DNA of 64,000 nucleotides from Ranitomeya imitator. Lineage: Eukaryota. Under the pieces are notes generated by a model. It was given only the letters and a program-made list of their open reading frames with translations. It was not told the origin of the DNA and did no database searches. Within the stretch, counting starts at the first letter, position 1; every line of letters starts with the position of its first letter. Position numbers and translations under genes: made by a program. The stretch lies in the NCBI RefSeq assembly GCF_032444005.1, contig NC_091282.1, positions 796,390,001-796,454,000 on the forward strand, written 5' to 3'. Below, piece after piece: positions 36,107 to 47,572 of the stretch.

Positions 36107-39100
36107 CCGTAATTTTTGGATTATAATATGCAGTTTTTTACCCCAAAAAAATTTGATAGGAAAGTGAGTGCATCTTATAATACGAATGTAGCTTACGAGA
36201 GGTGGGGTGGTGTGGGAAGAGTGGGCTGTGGTGCAGCTAAGTCACAGAAGGCATGGTCGCTGCTGCAGGAAGCTGGCGGCAGCAGGAGGAGTGGGGTGAT
36301 GTAAGGCTGAAAGGAAGAGACCACCTTGGGTAAGGACTGGGACGGCCTGAGAACCATCTTGTCCAAGTGAATAATTAAAAAAGGGAGCTCAACAGGAAAG
36401 AGCAGCTAGCTCCGATACCCACCTGATCGATGTCACCTCAACCAGGAAGGTGACCTTCTATGAAAGGTGGGTCAGAGACGTCCTGTAGCGGCTCTAACGG
36501 AGCCTCTTGTAGGACTCCTAGGACTAAGTTAAGGTCTCAGGCATCCAACAGCCTTCTATAGGGGTACCACGTGGGAGACCCAGTGAATGAAAGTCTTCAC
36601 TTGTGGCTTAAAAGCAATCCGGCGCTGGAACAAAACGGATAAAGCAGAGATCTGGCCTTTGAGGGAACTAAGCGCTAGGACTGAGTCCAGACCAGTCTGA
36701 AGGAACTCCAAAATAGCGAGGAGAATGACCGCGTTCCCTGCACCATGCGAAAAAAACTTTCCAGGTGAGGTGATGAATGCGCCCCAAAGCAGGCTTCCGA
36801 GAGCTAAGCATAGTGGAAACCACCTCTTGGGAGAAACACCAGCTTGGGTTAGAACCCATGATTCAACAGCTAGGCCTTTAAACACAGGGCCCCTGAGTTA
36901 TGGTGGCAAATCGGGCCCTAGGAGAGTAGATCTGATCGATCCGGTAGTTGCCAGGGACCGTTGATGATGAGCTGCACCAACTTCGCGTACCACGCCTGGT
37001 GAGGCCAGTCCGGTGCGACTAGGATCACCGGAATCCCTTCCATCTTGATCTTCCTGATAATCCTCGGAAGTAAATGGAAGAGGGGGAAAGACATAAGGAA
37101 GTGCATGCCCCCCAATGGCCTCTGGATCCTGGGACCGAGCTACGAACTCGGGTACCTTGGCATTTAGCCATACTGCCATCAGGTACACATCCGGAGTTCC
37201 CCAGCAATGACAAATCTGTTGGTGAAGTGACCACTCTCCTGAGGCGAGACCCTGACGGCTGAAGAAGTCTGCCGCCCAGCTTTCCACACCCGGGATGTGA
37301 ACAGCTGAGATGACTGAGTGGGTCATCTCGGCCCAGCGGAGAATGTGTTCCACCTCGCGCATTGCCGCGGGTGCCCCCCTGATGATTGATGTACGCCACA
37401 GCCGTGGCTTTGTCTGACTATATTCGGATGAGACGACCCGCCAGAAGGTGATGGAACCGCTGCAGGGTCAACCGCATCGCCCGTATTTCCAGAACGTTGA
37501 TCAGAATTCGCGAGGCGACCAGCGTCTCTGGGCAGTGTGGTGACAGAAGACAGCCCCCAGCCGAGAAGACTGGTGTCGGTGGTGACCACAAGCCATTGAA
37601 CTGAGAGAAAAGATTTCCGTGGCTGAGGGAGGACCATAACGTCCATCACGTGAGCGCCCGCTTGACAGTTGAGAACGAGTTCAAGTCCCAGGCCGATAGA
37701 AGCACAAGCCGCAGAAAACAGAGGTGTAGTTGGGCAAAGGAAATGGCTTCCAACGCTGCCACCATTTTGCCCAGGACCCCCCCCATGCCGAATCAGATAG
37801 AGTGAGGAAATGGGCGACAAAGTGCCCGAGCTCCTTGTTGAAGGGCTATGACCTTGTCTCGAGGGAGAATCACCAACCCTCGGGAAATGTCCAGGTTCAT
37901 TCCCAAAAAGGATATCTGCCGAGCTGATAGCCCAAGTGAGAAAGTGTATACAAGGGGATACGGATGCACTCCGCCCAGGCATGGAAAGACGGCCCCCTGA
38001 TAAGAAGGTCATCCAGGTATAGCAGGACAACAACGCCCAGAGTGCAGAATGGATATGACGGCCACCATAACCTTTGTGAACATTCTGGGAGTGGTGGTAA
38101 GGCCGAATGGCAAGGCCGTAAATAGGAAATGTTCCTCGCGAACGGCAAAACGCAGGAACCTTTGGCGAGGTGGAAAAATCGGGACATGAAGATAAGAATC
38201 CCGGATGTCGATGGATGCTAGGAACTCCCCCCTCCCCATCGATGTGATGACAGAGCGGAGGGAATCCATCCTGAAGTGCCAGACTGACAAACTTGTTTAG
38301 GAGCTTCAGATCTAGGATGGGCCGTACCGTGCCATTCTTCTTCAGAACCACAAGTAAGTTCAAGTAGAAACTCTCAAACCTCTCGTTTTCTGGGACAGAA
38401 TGATGATGCCGTCTCATCATAATGAATCGATGGCTCGGTAGAAAGGCATGGCCCGCGCATCTGTCTTGTGGGGGGCGATAGGGGAAAAACAGTGCTGGAG
38501 GATGGGAAGAAAACTATCTTGTATCCGGAAGACACCAGGTCTCTGACCCATTCTTTGTGGATGACAGAGAGCCAGATGTGACGAAACAGAAGTAGAAGTC
38601 AGCCTACTCTGCTGGTGTCGACCGGACAAAATGAGTAATTGGGACGAGAATCTATGGGACTTGTACCCCTTAGATCTAGTTTGCTTGGGTCAGCCCTTCC
38701 ATGACTGGTTGGTCTTATACGAGACCTGGGGACCAATATCCCCACAAGGAGAACGCCCTGATCTGGAAGAGGTGGTCGCATTGGACCAACCGGAGTTGCT
38801 ACGAAAGGAGCGAAAACGCAACTGTTGTTGACGACGAAAAGGTCGCCTAGTCTTCTGCTGGGGAAGGAATTTACTCTTTCCTACTGTGGCGTCCAAGATA
38901 AGCTGATCCAGCTTCTCGCCAAATAAAAGACCACTCTGGTAGGGCAGAGACGTCAGGGACTTTTTGAACGCAGAGTCCGCACGCCATTCCCTGAGCCACA
39001 GAGCCCGACGGATGGTGATGGCGTTTGAGGCTGCAAGGGCAGCACAGTTAGCAGAGCCTAATGATGCGTGCAACCAATATTCCCAGGCTAAGGAGATCTG

Positions 39101-41380
39101 GTTGGCCAAGTCTTCTGCTTCCTGGGGGAGGTCACTATCTTGAATGGTCCTTCTTAGGGTATCTGCCCTAGAGGCCATAACTTTAGTTACCCATACCACA
39201 GCAAAAGAGGGAGAAAATACTGAGCCCAACGCTTCAAAAACCGAACCGGCAAGGTTCTCTGACGGTCCGTGGGGTCTCCAATCGAGGAAACATCTAGTAA
39301 AGATAGGAAGGTTTTTGAGGCCAGGCGAATCAACTGGAGGGGATTCGGCCCATTCCTTCCGCAGATCTGAGGAAAATGGGTATCTCACATCTATAGGCTT
39401 CTGACCTGCAAAGCATTTGTCCAGTATTTCTCTATGCCGTTGAACTATGTCCTGGACCTCGGGGTGGTTGGAGAAAACCCCATGAGGTAATTTGTTCCTC
39501 TTAAAGGACACCGCGTGATCCGGGACAGAGTCAGGGTCCACGTCAACCTTTAAAGAATTTTTGACGGCCTCAATGAGACTGTCCACCGTCGTCTGATAAA
39601 CCGGTGAGTCTAGGTCAAGGGGGATGTCAAGTTGGACGTAGAGTCCTGGCCACTGAAAGCCCCGGATGAAGGGGAACGTGAGACGGAACCCCCGGATAAC
39701 GAGGAGCGAGAAGACCCGGGTGACTAATATGGGACCGTTTCCTAGATGCCTGTGGAGTTTTTGTCTGAAAATGGCCCCTGCTGACCAAGAGTTCCCATGA
39801 GGTATAGGAACCCTCCAAGACAGGCAGACGAAGACCCCGACCGGTAGAGGAATCTTGGAGGGACTCTATTGCTTTGGCTAGTGACGCCATGGACTGCGAC
39901 GAAGCCCACTCAGGGGGACTAGGTACACTGGGTTTGGTAACGGCAGAGGGCTCCTGAGCGCATTCAAGGTCACAGGCTTTACAAAGTGGCATACTATGTC
40001 CACGTGGTAACGAAGTCTAGCAGGTTGTACATGAGGTGAAAAACACAGTATGTGCCTTATTAACCTTCTTGGATGTCTTAGGGAGTGACATGATGTACCA
40101 CAGTATGTCCCTGATTCTGCCGAAATACTCCAATAGGGTGTGCAGTACCTTGTAAGCTCCAGTGAATACTGCAGAGAAGGGCCAATGAGTATCTGCTGCA
40201 GGCTCAGAGATCTTACCCAGGTCCTGTGCCCCGCGAGAGCGGTCCTCTCGGTCTCCCGTTCCCCTCTGAAGTGCAGCAGGATTCTGCTGAACGGGGCACA
40301 GTATATGCAAAGGGCCGGCCAGGTGGCATAAAGACTGCCGCCGGGAATTGCAGAGGGGGCATAACTGAGAAGTCTCGCAGTGTGCGAGGCATGCCAAATT
40401 CATAGGCACAGTGGGTGGAGCTACTGCCGTGATGTCATGAAGTGGGCGGAGCATTGGAATTGCCGCTGAAAATAAACCCAAGCTGGGGGCTAGATTTCGG
40501 CAGCCGGCCGGCGTGGGACCCGGAAGGAGAGGGGATACCACTGGAAATAGCGCTCATACCGCATTTGCAGGAGCCCTCCGCTGTGACCCAGACGCACACC
40601 CAGCCCACCTTCCCAGCGGTGTGCGTCCCGTCATGGAGCCGCTGCAGATGCCGGTAATCCATTGATGAAGCACAGGACCACAGGCTGACCCAGGCTGGCT
40701 GCATCAAAGTGGACATGCAGAAAACCTCTATCCAGGTCAGAGAGGGACCTTCCACCTTTCTTCCATCGCCGCTGTTCATCAAGGGCGATGCAGTGGGGCC
40801 GCACGGACTCCATAAGCGCATCTGGACACCCACGGGGTTAACTCCCCAAGGATGGAACAGGGCTGTTGGTCCGGCAGTCAAAAGGATGGATGAGCCTGGA
40901 TGCAGATGGGGGTACAAGGAGGTGACACTGGGGAAAGCAGTGCCCTGAAGGGACCCGTCGCCCCTAACGAAGATCTCAAGCATGCCGGTAAAAGAGATGC
41001 AGGAGAAGTTATGTGGAGGTGACACTCCACGCACGCCTGTTGTAGGTTAGGGGAGAGCGGCACCCTTAAGGGATCCGTCACCCCAGTAATCCTTTGAAAT
41101 AATTAAGAATGAAAATAAAAAAAAAAACAGTTTAAACTATAGATGTGGTCTGAAAATCAGACATGTGCCTCCTACTGACACCAAGCTGAACTAGTTTGGC
41201 TGGAGCCAGTGTGGGCGGTGTACACTGCAGAGGAGAAGCTAATCTTCTTATATCTACTTAGTGCTAGCCTCCTAGTGGCAGCAGCATACACCCATGGTCC
41301 TGTGTCCCTCAATGAGGCGACGGAGAAATATATTTTCCACCCCAAAATTTGGGGTGCGTCTTATGGATCACAAAATACGG
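36107..41380. mobile_element. Tc1/mariner-superfamily MITE split by a DIRS insertion
   Basis: TA|CCGTAATTTTTGGATTATAA at 36107 and ATCACAAAATACGG|TA at 41380. Confidence 0.65.
36301..41328 (-). mobile_element. DIRS1-like retroelement, 3'-truncated within the recombinase, decayed
   Basis: RT FRMDSLRSVI..SIDIRDSYLHVPIF, YLDDLL; VVTTDTSLLGWG; MAYINHQGGT; LSSLKGQISALS; 5' terminus at 41328; no 3' ITR/ICR. Confidence 0.93.
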
Positions 41381-41395
41381 TAATCACTAACTTAC

Positions 41396-41522
41396 CTTGC
41401 GTCTGTTCTTCTTCGTGGATGTACACAGTGTTCTCTGTGGACATTTCTGGGGTCGGCCTCTCACTTTCTGTTTCGTCCACTTTTGATCTCTTGGATGGCG
41501 GCATCATCTCTTCCGTTGAACA
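41396..41522 (-). CDS. ZNF839: ZNF839 exon 7
   Basis: CSTEEMMPPSKRSKVDETE..; AG / GTAAGT; phase 0-1. Confidence 0.75.
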
Positions 41523-41598
41523 CTACCACAGAGCACATTACATATTACTGGCTGGTGACAATTATAACCAGATCATTATTTGGGCAGATATCTATTAC

Positions 41599-41706
41599 CT
41601 CATTATTCCCGTCTTCTGACTGTATTCTTTGCTCTTCTGAGCATTGTTCTGGGAGAAGAGAAACTTCTGCAATCTGTTCTGCAGAAACGTCCAATGATGC
41701 TGCCAC
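41599..41706 (-). CDS. ZNF839: ZNF839 exon 6
   Basis: Begins VAASLDVS (human VAESLGIT); AG/GT, 108 nt. Confidence 0.75.
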
Positions 41707-41851
41707 CTAGTGGACATAAAACATCACATGCAGAGCCGAGTTAACCCTTCATTAGCACTCTATAGTACCACCTGTTGAAACCAGAGACCCGAAAATTCTG
41801 TATCGACCCTTTAAAGAGCCTTTCTATATGACTTGGGATAAAAATCTCAAT

Positions 41852-41895
41852 TTGCAGACATGATGTTTCAGTGGTATTGGCCCTCATCAGTGCAA
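41852..41895 (-). ncRNA. Type I hammerhead ribozyme in a ZNF839 intron
   Basis: TTGCA-CTGATGA-GGGCCAATACCACT-GAAAC-ATCATGTC-TGCAA: 5-bp stem I, intact core, stem III ACA/TGT, GUC cleavage triplet. Confidence 0.8.
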
Positions 41896-42154
41896 AGTAT
41901 GAGATCTGATTTGGCTTGGTGAGAGGCTCTGGACAGAGGTTTAAGGAGTAATGTTTCTCCTTGTGGAGAGTGACATACCGGGCCCTGGCATGCCAATGTA
42001 AGAAGGCTTATTCGCCTTGCAATGCTCCTATGGGAAATTAAATATGCAAATAGCAGTGGAAATACCCCGAGACACTATCAGCAAATTGAAATTCTGATTT
42101 GGCTTCATTAGCCAAACTGCATGGATAACATAGGGCTCCAATGTCTTACACTTA

Positions 42155-42519
42155 GGGTATGTTCCCATGTTCAGTAAAGGCAGCGCTTTGGATGCAGCAG
42201 ATCCCCGCTCCGTCCAAAGCGCTGTTGGCTTTTGCATCATTAAACACAGGCGGAATCACGGCATCCTTCATACTGACTGTGCAGTTTATCTTGCGGAGAC
42301 AGAGCATCTCCGCAAGATAAACAGACATGCTGCGGTCTATAAAGATGCGCCGCATGTGCGTATATGCAAGTCTGCCGCCTGCGTCTTTGAACGCATAGAG
42401 GAGATGAGATTTCATAAAATCCCATCCACTATGCTGTAACATCTGGCTGCTGCGGATTGGACACTACGGATGTACGCAGCATCCAAACCGCAGCAAATAC
42501 ACCACGTGGAAACATACCC
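42155..42519. mobile_element. PIF/Harbinger-type MITE
   Basis: GGGTATGTTCCCA / TGGAAACATACCC, TTA duplication. Confidence 0.8.
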
Positions 42520-42610
42520 TTACAGCAAATCTGCAGGATGTGTCAGAAATATCTTGATAGAGGCTTGTCCCACCATATAAAAAGGAGAGGGAACCACCCC
42601 TTTAACTCAC

Positions 42611-42751
42611 CTTACTATCAGTAACTTCAAGAGTCTTTCCCACCCCACTACTGAAATACTCTGCAGCCAACATTCGGACCATGGAGTGCAATTTCTCCAG
42701 TTCTTTATATAGGTGCGGAAACAAAGGCTCATCTGGATGTTCCTGTTTGAC
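42611..42751 (-). CDS. ZNF839: ZNF839 exon 5
   Basis: VKQEHPDEPLFPHLYKELEKLHSMVRML.. resembles human [26 protein letters not shown]. Confidence 0.92.
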
Positions 42752-42841
42752 CTTTGAAAACAAGCAGCAGAAAGGATGAACAGTGATGGAAGATAAAGGT
42801 AAAAACAAAAGAAAAAAAGTCTAAAGCATCAGTGCACCGAC

Positions 42842-42934
42842 CTTCACAAGAGAGTAGTCACAGACTGAAAGACGCCCGGAAAGACACGGTGCAACGTGTT
42901 CCCTTATGTCTGCATCTTCACAATGTTGAATGAG
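42842..42934 (-). CDS. ZNF839: ZNF839 exon 4
   Basis: LIQHCEDADIREHVAPCLSGRLSVCDYSLVK, 31 aa like human [31 protein letters not shown]. Confidence 0.85.
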
Positions 42935-42984
42935 CTGCAGAAGATGGAGAGAGAGAGAGAGAGAGAGTATATAATGTGTGCACA

Positions 42985-44600
42985 CAGGGACTGCACCAGC
43001 AGAATAGTGAGTGCAGCTCTGGAGTATAATACAGGATGCACCGTATATACTCGAGTATAAGCTGAGATTTTCAGCCTATTTTTTTTAGGCTGAAAGTGCC
43101 CCTCGGCTTATACTCGAGTAATTCCCAGGGGGTCGGCGGGGGAGGGGGAGCGGTAGCTGTCAAATCATACTCACCTACTCCTGAAGCGTCTATGCATGTC
43201 TCTGCTTCTCTGGCGCCCACAGCTCTTCCTGTGTTCAGCGGTCACGTGGTACCGCTCATTAAAGTAATGAATATGGACATGACTCCACTTCCATAGGGGT
43301 GGAGCGCATTTTCATTACTTTAATGAGTGGTACCAGTGACCGCTGAGCAAAGGAACAAGCTGCCGGCATCAGAGACCATCGCATCGGAGAAGCAGGGATC
43401 GCGCCGGGAGGATGAGTATAACGGGAGAGGGTGAGTCATGCGATATTCACCTGTCCCTATTCCACCGCCGCTCCGTCTTCCGCATCCTCTGGCTGTGACG
43501 TTCAGGTCAGAGGGCGAGATGACGTGTTTAGTGCGCGCCACCCTCTGCCTGAACAGTCACTGCAGAGAGCCAAAAGACACAGCGGCGCATGGCGGTGGAA
43601 CGGGGACAGGTGAATATCGTAAGTGCCGGTGTCCCCGCCTGCTGAGGACAAGACGTCTCAGGTCAGTATGTCTTTTTTTTTTTTTTTTTTTTTAAATTCC
43701 AGCAGCAGCATATGGGGAATAATATTCTATGGAGCATCTTATGGGGCCGTAATCAACAATTATGCAGCATTGTACGGGGCAAATGTTTCTATGGGGCCAT
43801 TATCAACCTTTGTGCAGCATTATATGGGGCATATTTTATTATGGAGCATTTTATGGGGCCCATCAGGAACTTTATGGAGCGTTATATTGGGCTCCTGATT
43901 CAATATGGATATTCAAAAACACTTAACTTACTGATGTCTCAATTAATTTTACTTTTATTGGTATCTATTTTAATTTTTGGAAATTTACCAGTAGCTGCTG
44001 CATTTCCCACCCTAGGGTTATACTTGAGTCATTAAGTTTTCCCAGTTTTTTATGGCAAAATTAGGGGTTTCGGCTTATACTCGAGTATATACGGTAACTC
44101 GGGATCAGTAATGCAATGTATGTACACAGCCATTGAACCAGCAGAATAGTAAGTGCAGCTCTGGAGTATAATACGGGATAAGTAATGTATGTACACAGTA
44201 ACTGCACCAGCAGAATAGTGAGTGCAGCTCTGGGGTATAATTCAGTATGTAACTAAGGATCAGTAATGTAATGTATGTACACAGTGACTGCACCAGCAGA
44301 ATAGTGAGTGCAGCTCTGGAGTATAATACATGCTGTAACTCAGGATCAGTGCAGGATCAGTAATGTAATGTATGTACAAAGTGACTGCACCAGCAGAATA
44401 GTGAGTTCAGCTCTGGAGTATAATACAGGATGTAACTCAGGATCAGTAATGTCATATATGTACACAGTAACTGCACCAGCAGAATAGTGAGTGCAGCTCT
44501 GGAATATAATACAAGAGGTAACTCAGGATCAGTAATGTAATGTATGTACACAGTGACTGCACAAGCAGAATAGTGAGTGCAGCTCTGAAGTATAATACAT
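42985..44600. repeat. Degenerate tandem repeat (GCACCAGCAGAATAGTGAGTGCAGCTCTGGAGTATAATACAGG core) interrupted by a MITE
   Basis: One unit before 43041, several units 44095-44600. Confidence 0.85.
43041..44094. mobile_element. Tc1/mariner-superfamily MITE
   Basis: TIR CCGTATATACTCGAGTATAAGC / GCTTATACTCGAGTATATACGG, TA on right. Confidence 0.85.
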
Positions 44601-44690
44601 GATGTAAGTTATTAGCTTGTAAGGAGCCCAGTTCTCTGCTTCCTCTTACACAGTTACGATTCATATGATGGATATACATATTGTACTGAC

Positions 44691-44903
44691 TTCTTTTGCT
44701 TGCAGTGCGTTCTGCTTAGAGGAGGCAATGGCCAGTGCTTTCCGGGGGCGTCCGAATCTCCTTGCTGTTATCTGCTGTCGTCCCTGGCAAGTGGTTGATA
44801 CTGAAGCAAACTCAAGACCATCATTATCCAAAGATAGAAGTCTGGAATGATCGGGGTTCAGGGGGTCCTCTAACAGCCTCTTCTTAGGTCTCGGTGTTGG
44901 CTT
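44691..44903 (-). CDS. ZNF839: ZNF839 exon 3
   Basis: 213 nt, phase 0-0, ends ..QAKE (human ..RLKE); contains AT-hook-like RFGRPRK. Confidence 0.8.
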
Positions 44904-45057
44904 CTGAAACACAAATTACATTATATAAGACCAAAGGATTCCAGGGCATTAATAAACTATGGTCCAACCCCAAAGGGGCCGCAGCGCCCCCAGCTCACTG
45001 ACGAGCAGCCTCATTCTGTCAGCACAGCGCCAGTCTCTGACTGGTGAGAATCCTCAC

Positions 45058-45780
45058 CTTAGGTTCACCAGGCAGAAAATTTCCCCCAACACCAGATTCT
45101 CTATTTTTCTTGGCATCGGAAACTAATGACGGCTCCATGTGCCCGTGACTGGGGTACAGCCTGTAGTGTCGGGACAACCCTCCTTTACCCATATAGGACT
45201 TTTCACACGTCTGACACTGGAACAGTTCGTTTTTCACTGTGTATGGCAGCAGGTCGCACGGTGCCTTCTCCTTCACGCCCTTCTCCTCTTCGTCCGTGCT
45301 CAGCTCTGAATAGTCTTCTGAATCTGAGGCGCTGTCTTGAATCAGGTCACCCACTTTAAGGAACTTGTAGTCCTTGGCTTTGTGTTTAGGGGGGCGAGAT
45401 ATTCGGCCAGAGCGGGTCTTTATCTTTATGGCCTTTTTGCGTTTATGGCCTTTGTTCTGTGCGTGGTCGGTCAATGTGCGAGCGCCATTAAGCGAATGGA
45501 TGACTAAGGATTCCCCGGTGTTCCTATTTAGGTCGGGGGTCCTCTGTTTTGCAGTGGACAGCTGAGCTGATCGAACAAGGATTTGGATTGGAGACTCCAG
45601 AGTGGATGCATTCACCACCAGAGGCTTCCCCAAATTGCTCAGAGACTTGATCTGCACAATCTGAGAGCCGACGAGACCAGGACTGGTGTTTTTCACATGG
45701 ATGCCACTGAGGTTAAGAACCACCGGATCCGCACTCTTTTTCACCTGGAGACCGGGTACTTGAACATGGATGGGATTTAG
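45058..45780 (-). CDS. ZNF839: ZNF839 exon 2 (C2H2-like finger)
   Basis: KIKTRSGRISRPPKHKAKDYKF and FQCQTCEKSYMGKGGLSRHYRLYPSHG match human ZNF839. Confidence 0.95.
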
Positions 45781-45811
45781 CTGGAACGAAAATAAAATTA
45801 TTATTCACACA

Positions 45812-45996
45812 CTAGATGGTGACCTGATTCTAACGCATCGGGTATTCTAGAATATGCATGTCCACGTAGTATATTGCCCAGCCACGTAGTGTATTGCCCA
45901 GCCACGACAGACAGAGGCCGCGACCAATGAATATCCATGATAGAAGGACAGACAGACAGAAAGACGGAAGTGACCCTTAGACAATTATATAGTAGA
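45812..45996 (-). mobile_element. Internally deleted non-autonomous Helitron
   Basis: Minus strand A|TCTACTATATAATTGTC ... hairpin ... CTAG|T; same ends as 47953-50988. Confidence 0.85.
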
Positions 45997-46354
45997 TGTA
46001 AACGATGAATCAGGTCTGTTCAGGCTCAGAGGTCTGCTGGGGACATGAGTCTTTTCTGTAACCTGAAACTGGAAATGGGGACCAGCGAGTTTTTTTTTTT
46101 TTTTTTTTGAGGGTGTTTTTTTTTTTCTTTTTTCTTTCATTCCCCTTGTGATTGATGCAGCAAAGCGTTTCACCCCCCTGAGTGCTATCAACGTGTTTTC
46201 CCGCTAAGGAGACTCAGTCGAAGAGGATTTGGTGCAGGTCTCTATGTAGAGTTTGGTCCATAATACACTTTTTTTTTTTTCTTTTAAATCGCATTCATTT
46301 TGCACAAAAAAAAAAAACGGGAATATAAGTTGCGTTTGGCCCAATAAGAGTTAC

Positions 46355-47131
46355 CTTAGTTTCTGGGATCCTGGAGGTGAGGGCCCCCTCTCGTAAGACC
46401 ACAGGGTGTGCTACTGTCTGCAGCTGAGGGATAGGAGTGGGCCCCCCGATTGCTGACACGAGGCCTCGATGTGTCGCCATATTTGGGGACCCCGCGAGTG
46501 TTGTGGCAGCCTCACGGCCTCTGTCTGTAGCCTCCATAGTGAGGTTTAATGCGCTTTCCATGGCCATATCCTCCTCACCGGCATCTACCACCCCAGGGGC
46601 ACCGACCAGAACCATCCCAGAGTGTGCGGCCTCCATGGCTGCGCTTTCCACGACTGCAGCCTCCATGGTTGCGCTTTCCACGACTGCAGCCTCCATGGCT
46701 GCGCTCTCCACGACTGCAGCCTCCATGGCTGCGCTTTCCACGAATGCAGCCTCCATGGCTGCGCTTTCCACGAATGCAGACTCCATGGCTGCGCTTTCCA
46801 CGACTGCAGCCTCCACCCCTGCGCTTTCCACGACTGCAGCCTCCATGACACGACCTCCAGCCTCCAGCCTGACTTCATGTTGGGCAGCCTCCAGCACACG
46901 GCCCCCATTTAGCAGCCTCCCACCGGGAACCAGGCTGCCGTCCGGCTGCACGTAGAAGACGGTGTCACTATGGGAGATGCTCTGCAGGATTTCTGGGCTC
47001 AGTGCGTCCCCTCCGCCTCCCTCATGTACGACCACCACCTGTCCAGGTTCTTCTACCATCATCTGCACGTACTCCTGCACCGCGGCGCTCACCACCTCCG
47101 CCATGTTTCCGGGGCAACCCAGCGCCGCCAT
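46355..47131 (-). CDS. ZNF839: ZNF839 exon 1 (777 nt, includes a 10-aa tandem repeat)
   Basis: ATG in AAAATGGCGGCG context, open frame to AAG|GTAACT donor, phase matches exon 2; weak homology, assigned by position. Confidence 0.75.
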
Positions 47132-47498
47132 TTTGTTGGAGTTTTTGTCGCCGTTATGTAAAATTTCTCCCTTCGTTTTTCAATCAGTGTCCGTGTCCAG
47201 GACGCAGCTCCAAATGAGCAGGAAACAGTCACGAGGTTTTCTGTTTAGTTTTTTTTTTTTCCGATCACGGAAGGTCAAAAATAGGAAGTGCTGTACGGTG
47301 GCCGACCGGAGTCAAACTTCAGAGCGCGTTTTATGTTTACAAAGACCGAATAAGTGACAGCTTCACAGTCATGAGTTTGCTATATGAAGTAGTAATGGAA
47401 ATGGTGAAACGACAAATCACAGAAACTCATTAGAGGAATAACAAAAGTTTTGATATAAAAAAAACAAACAAAAAAAAAATCACAAGCAAAAATTGGGA

Positions 47499-47572
47499 TG
47501 GCCCGTACGGGGATCGAACCCGCGACCTTGGCGTTATTAGCACCACGCTCTAACCAACTGAGCTAACCGGCC
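47499..47572 (-). tRNA. tRNA-Ile (AAT)
   Basis: GGCCGGTTAGCTCAGTTGGTTAGAGCGTGGTGCTAATAACGCCAAGGTCGCGGGTTCGATCCCCGTACGGGCCA; T5 terminator about 7 nt downstream. Confidence 0.98.

Noticed and set aside
45997-46062. Possible extra ZNF839 exon (VTEKTHVPSRP...) after a TTTCAG acceptor
   Set aside because: No convincing donor before the Helitron, and exon 1 joins exon 2 in phase without it; RNA-seq would settle it
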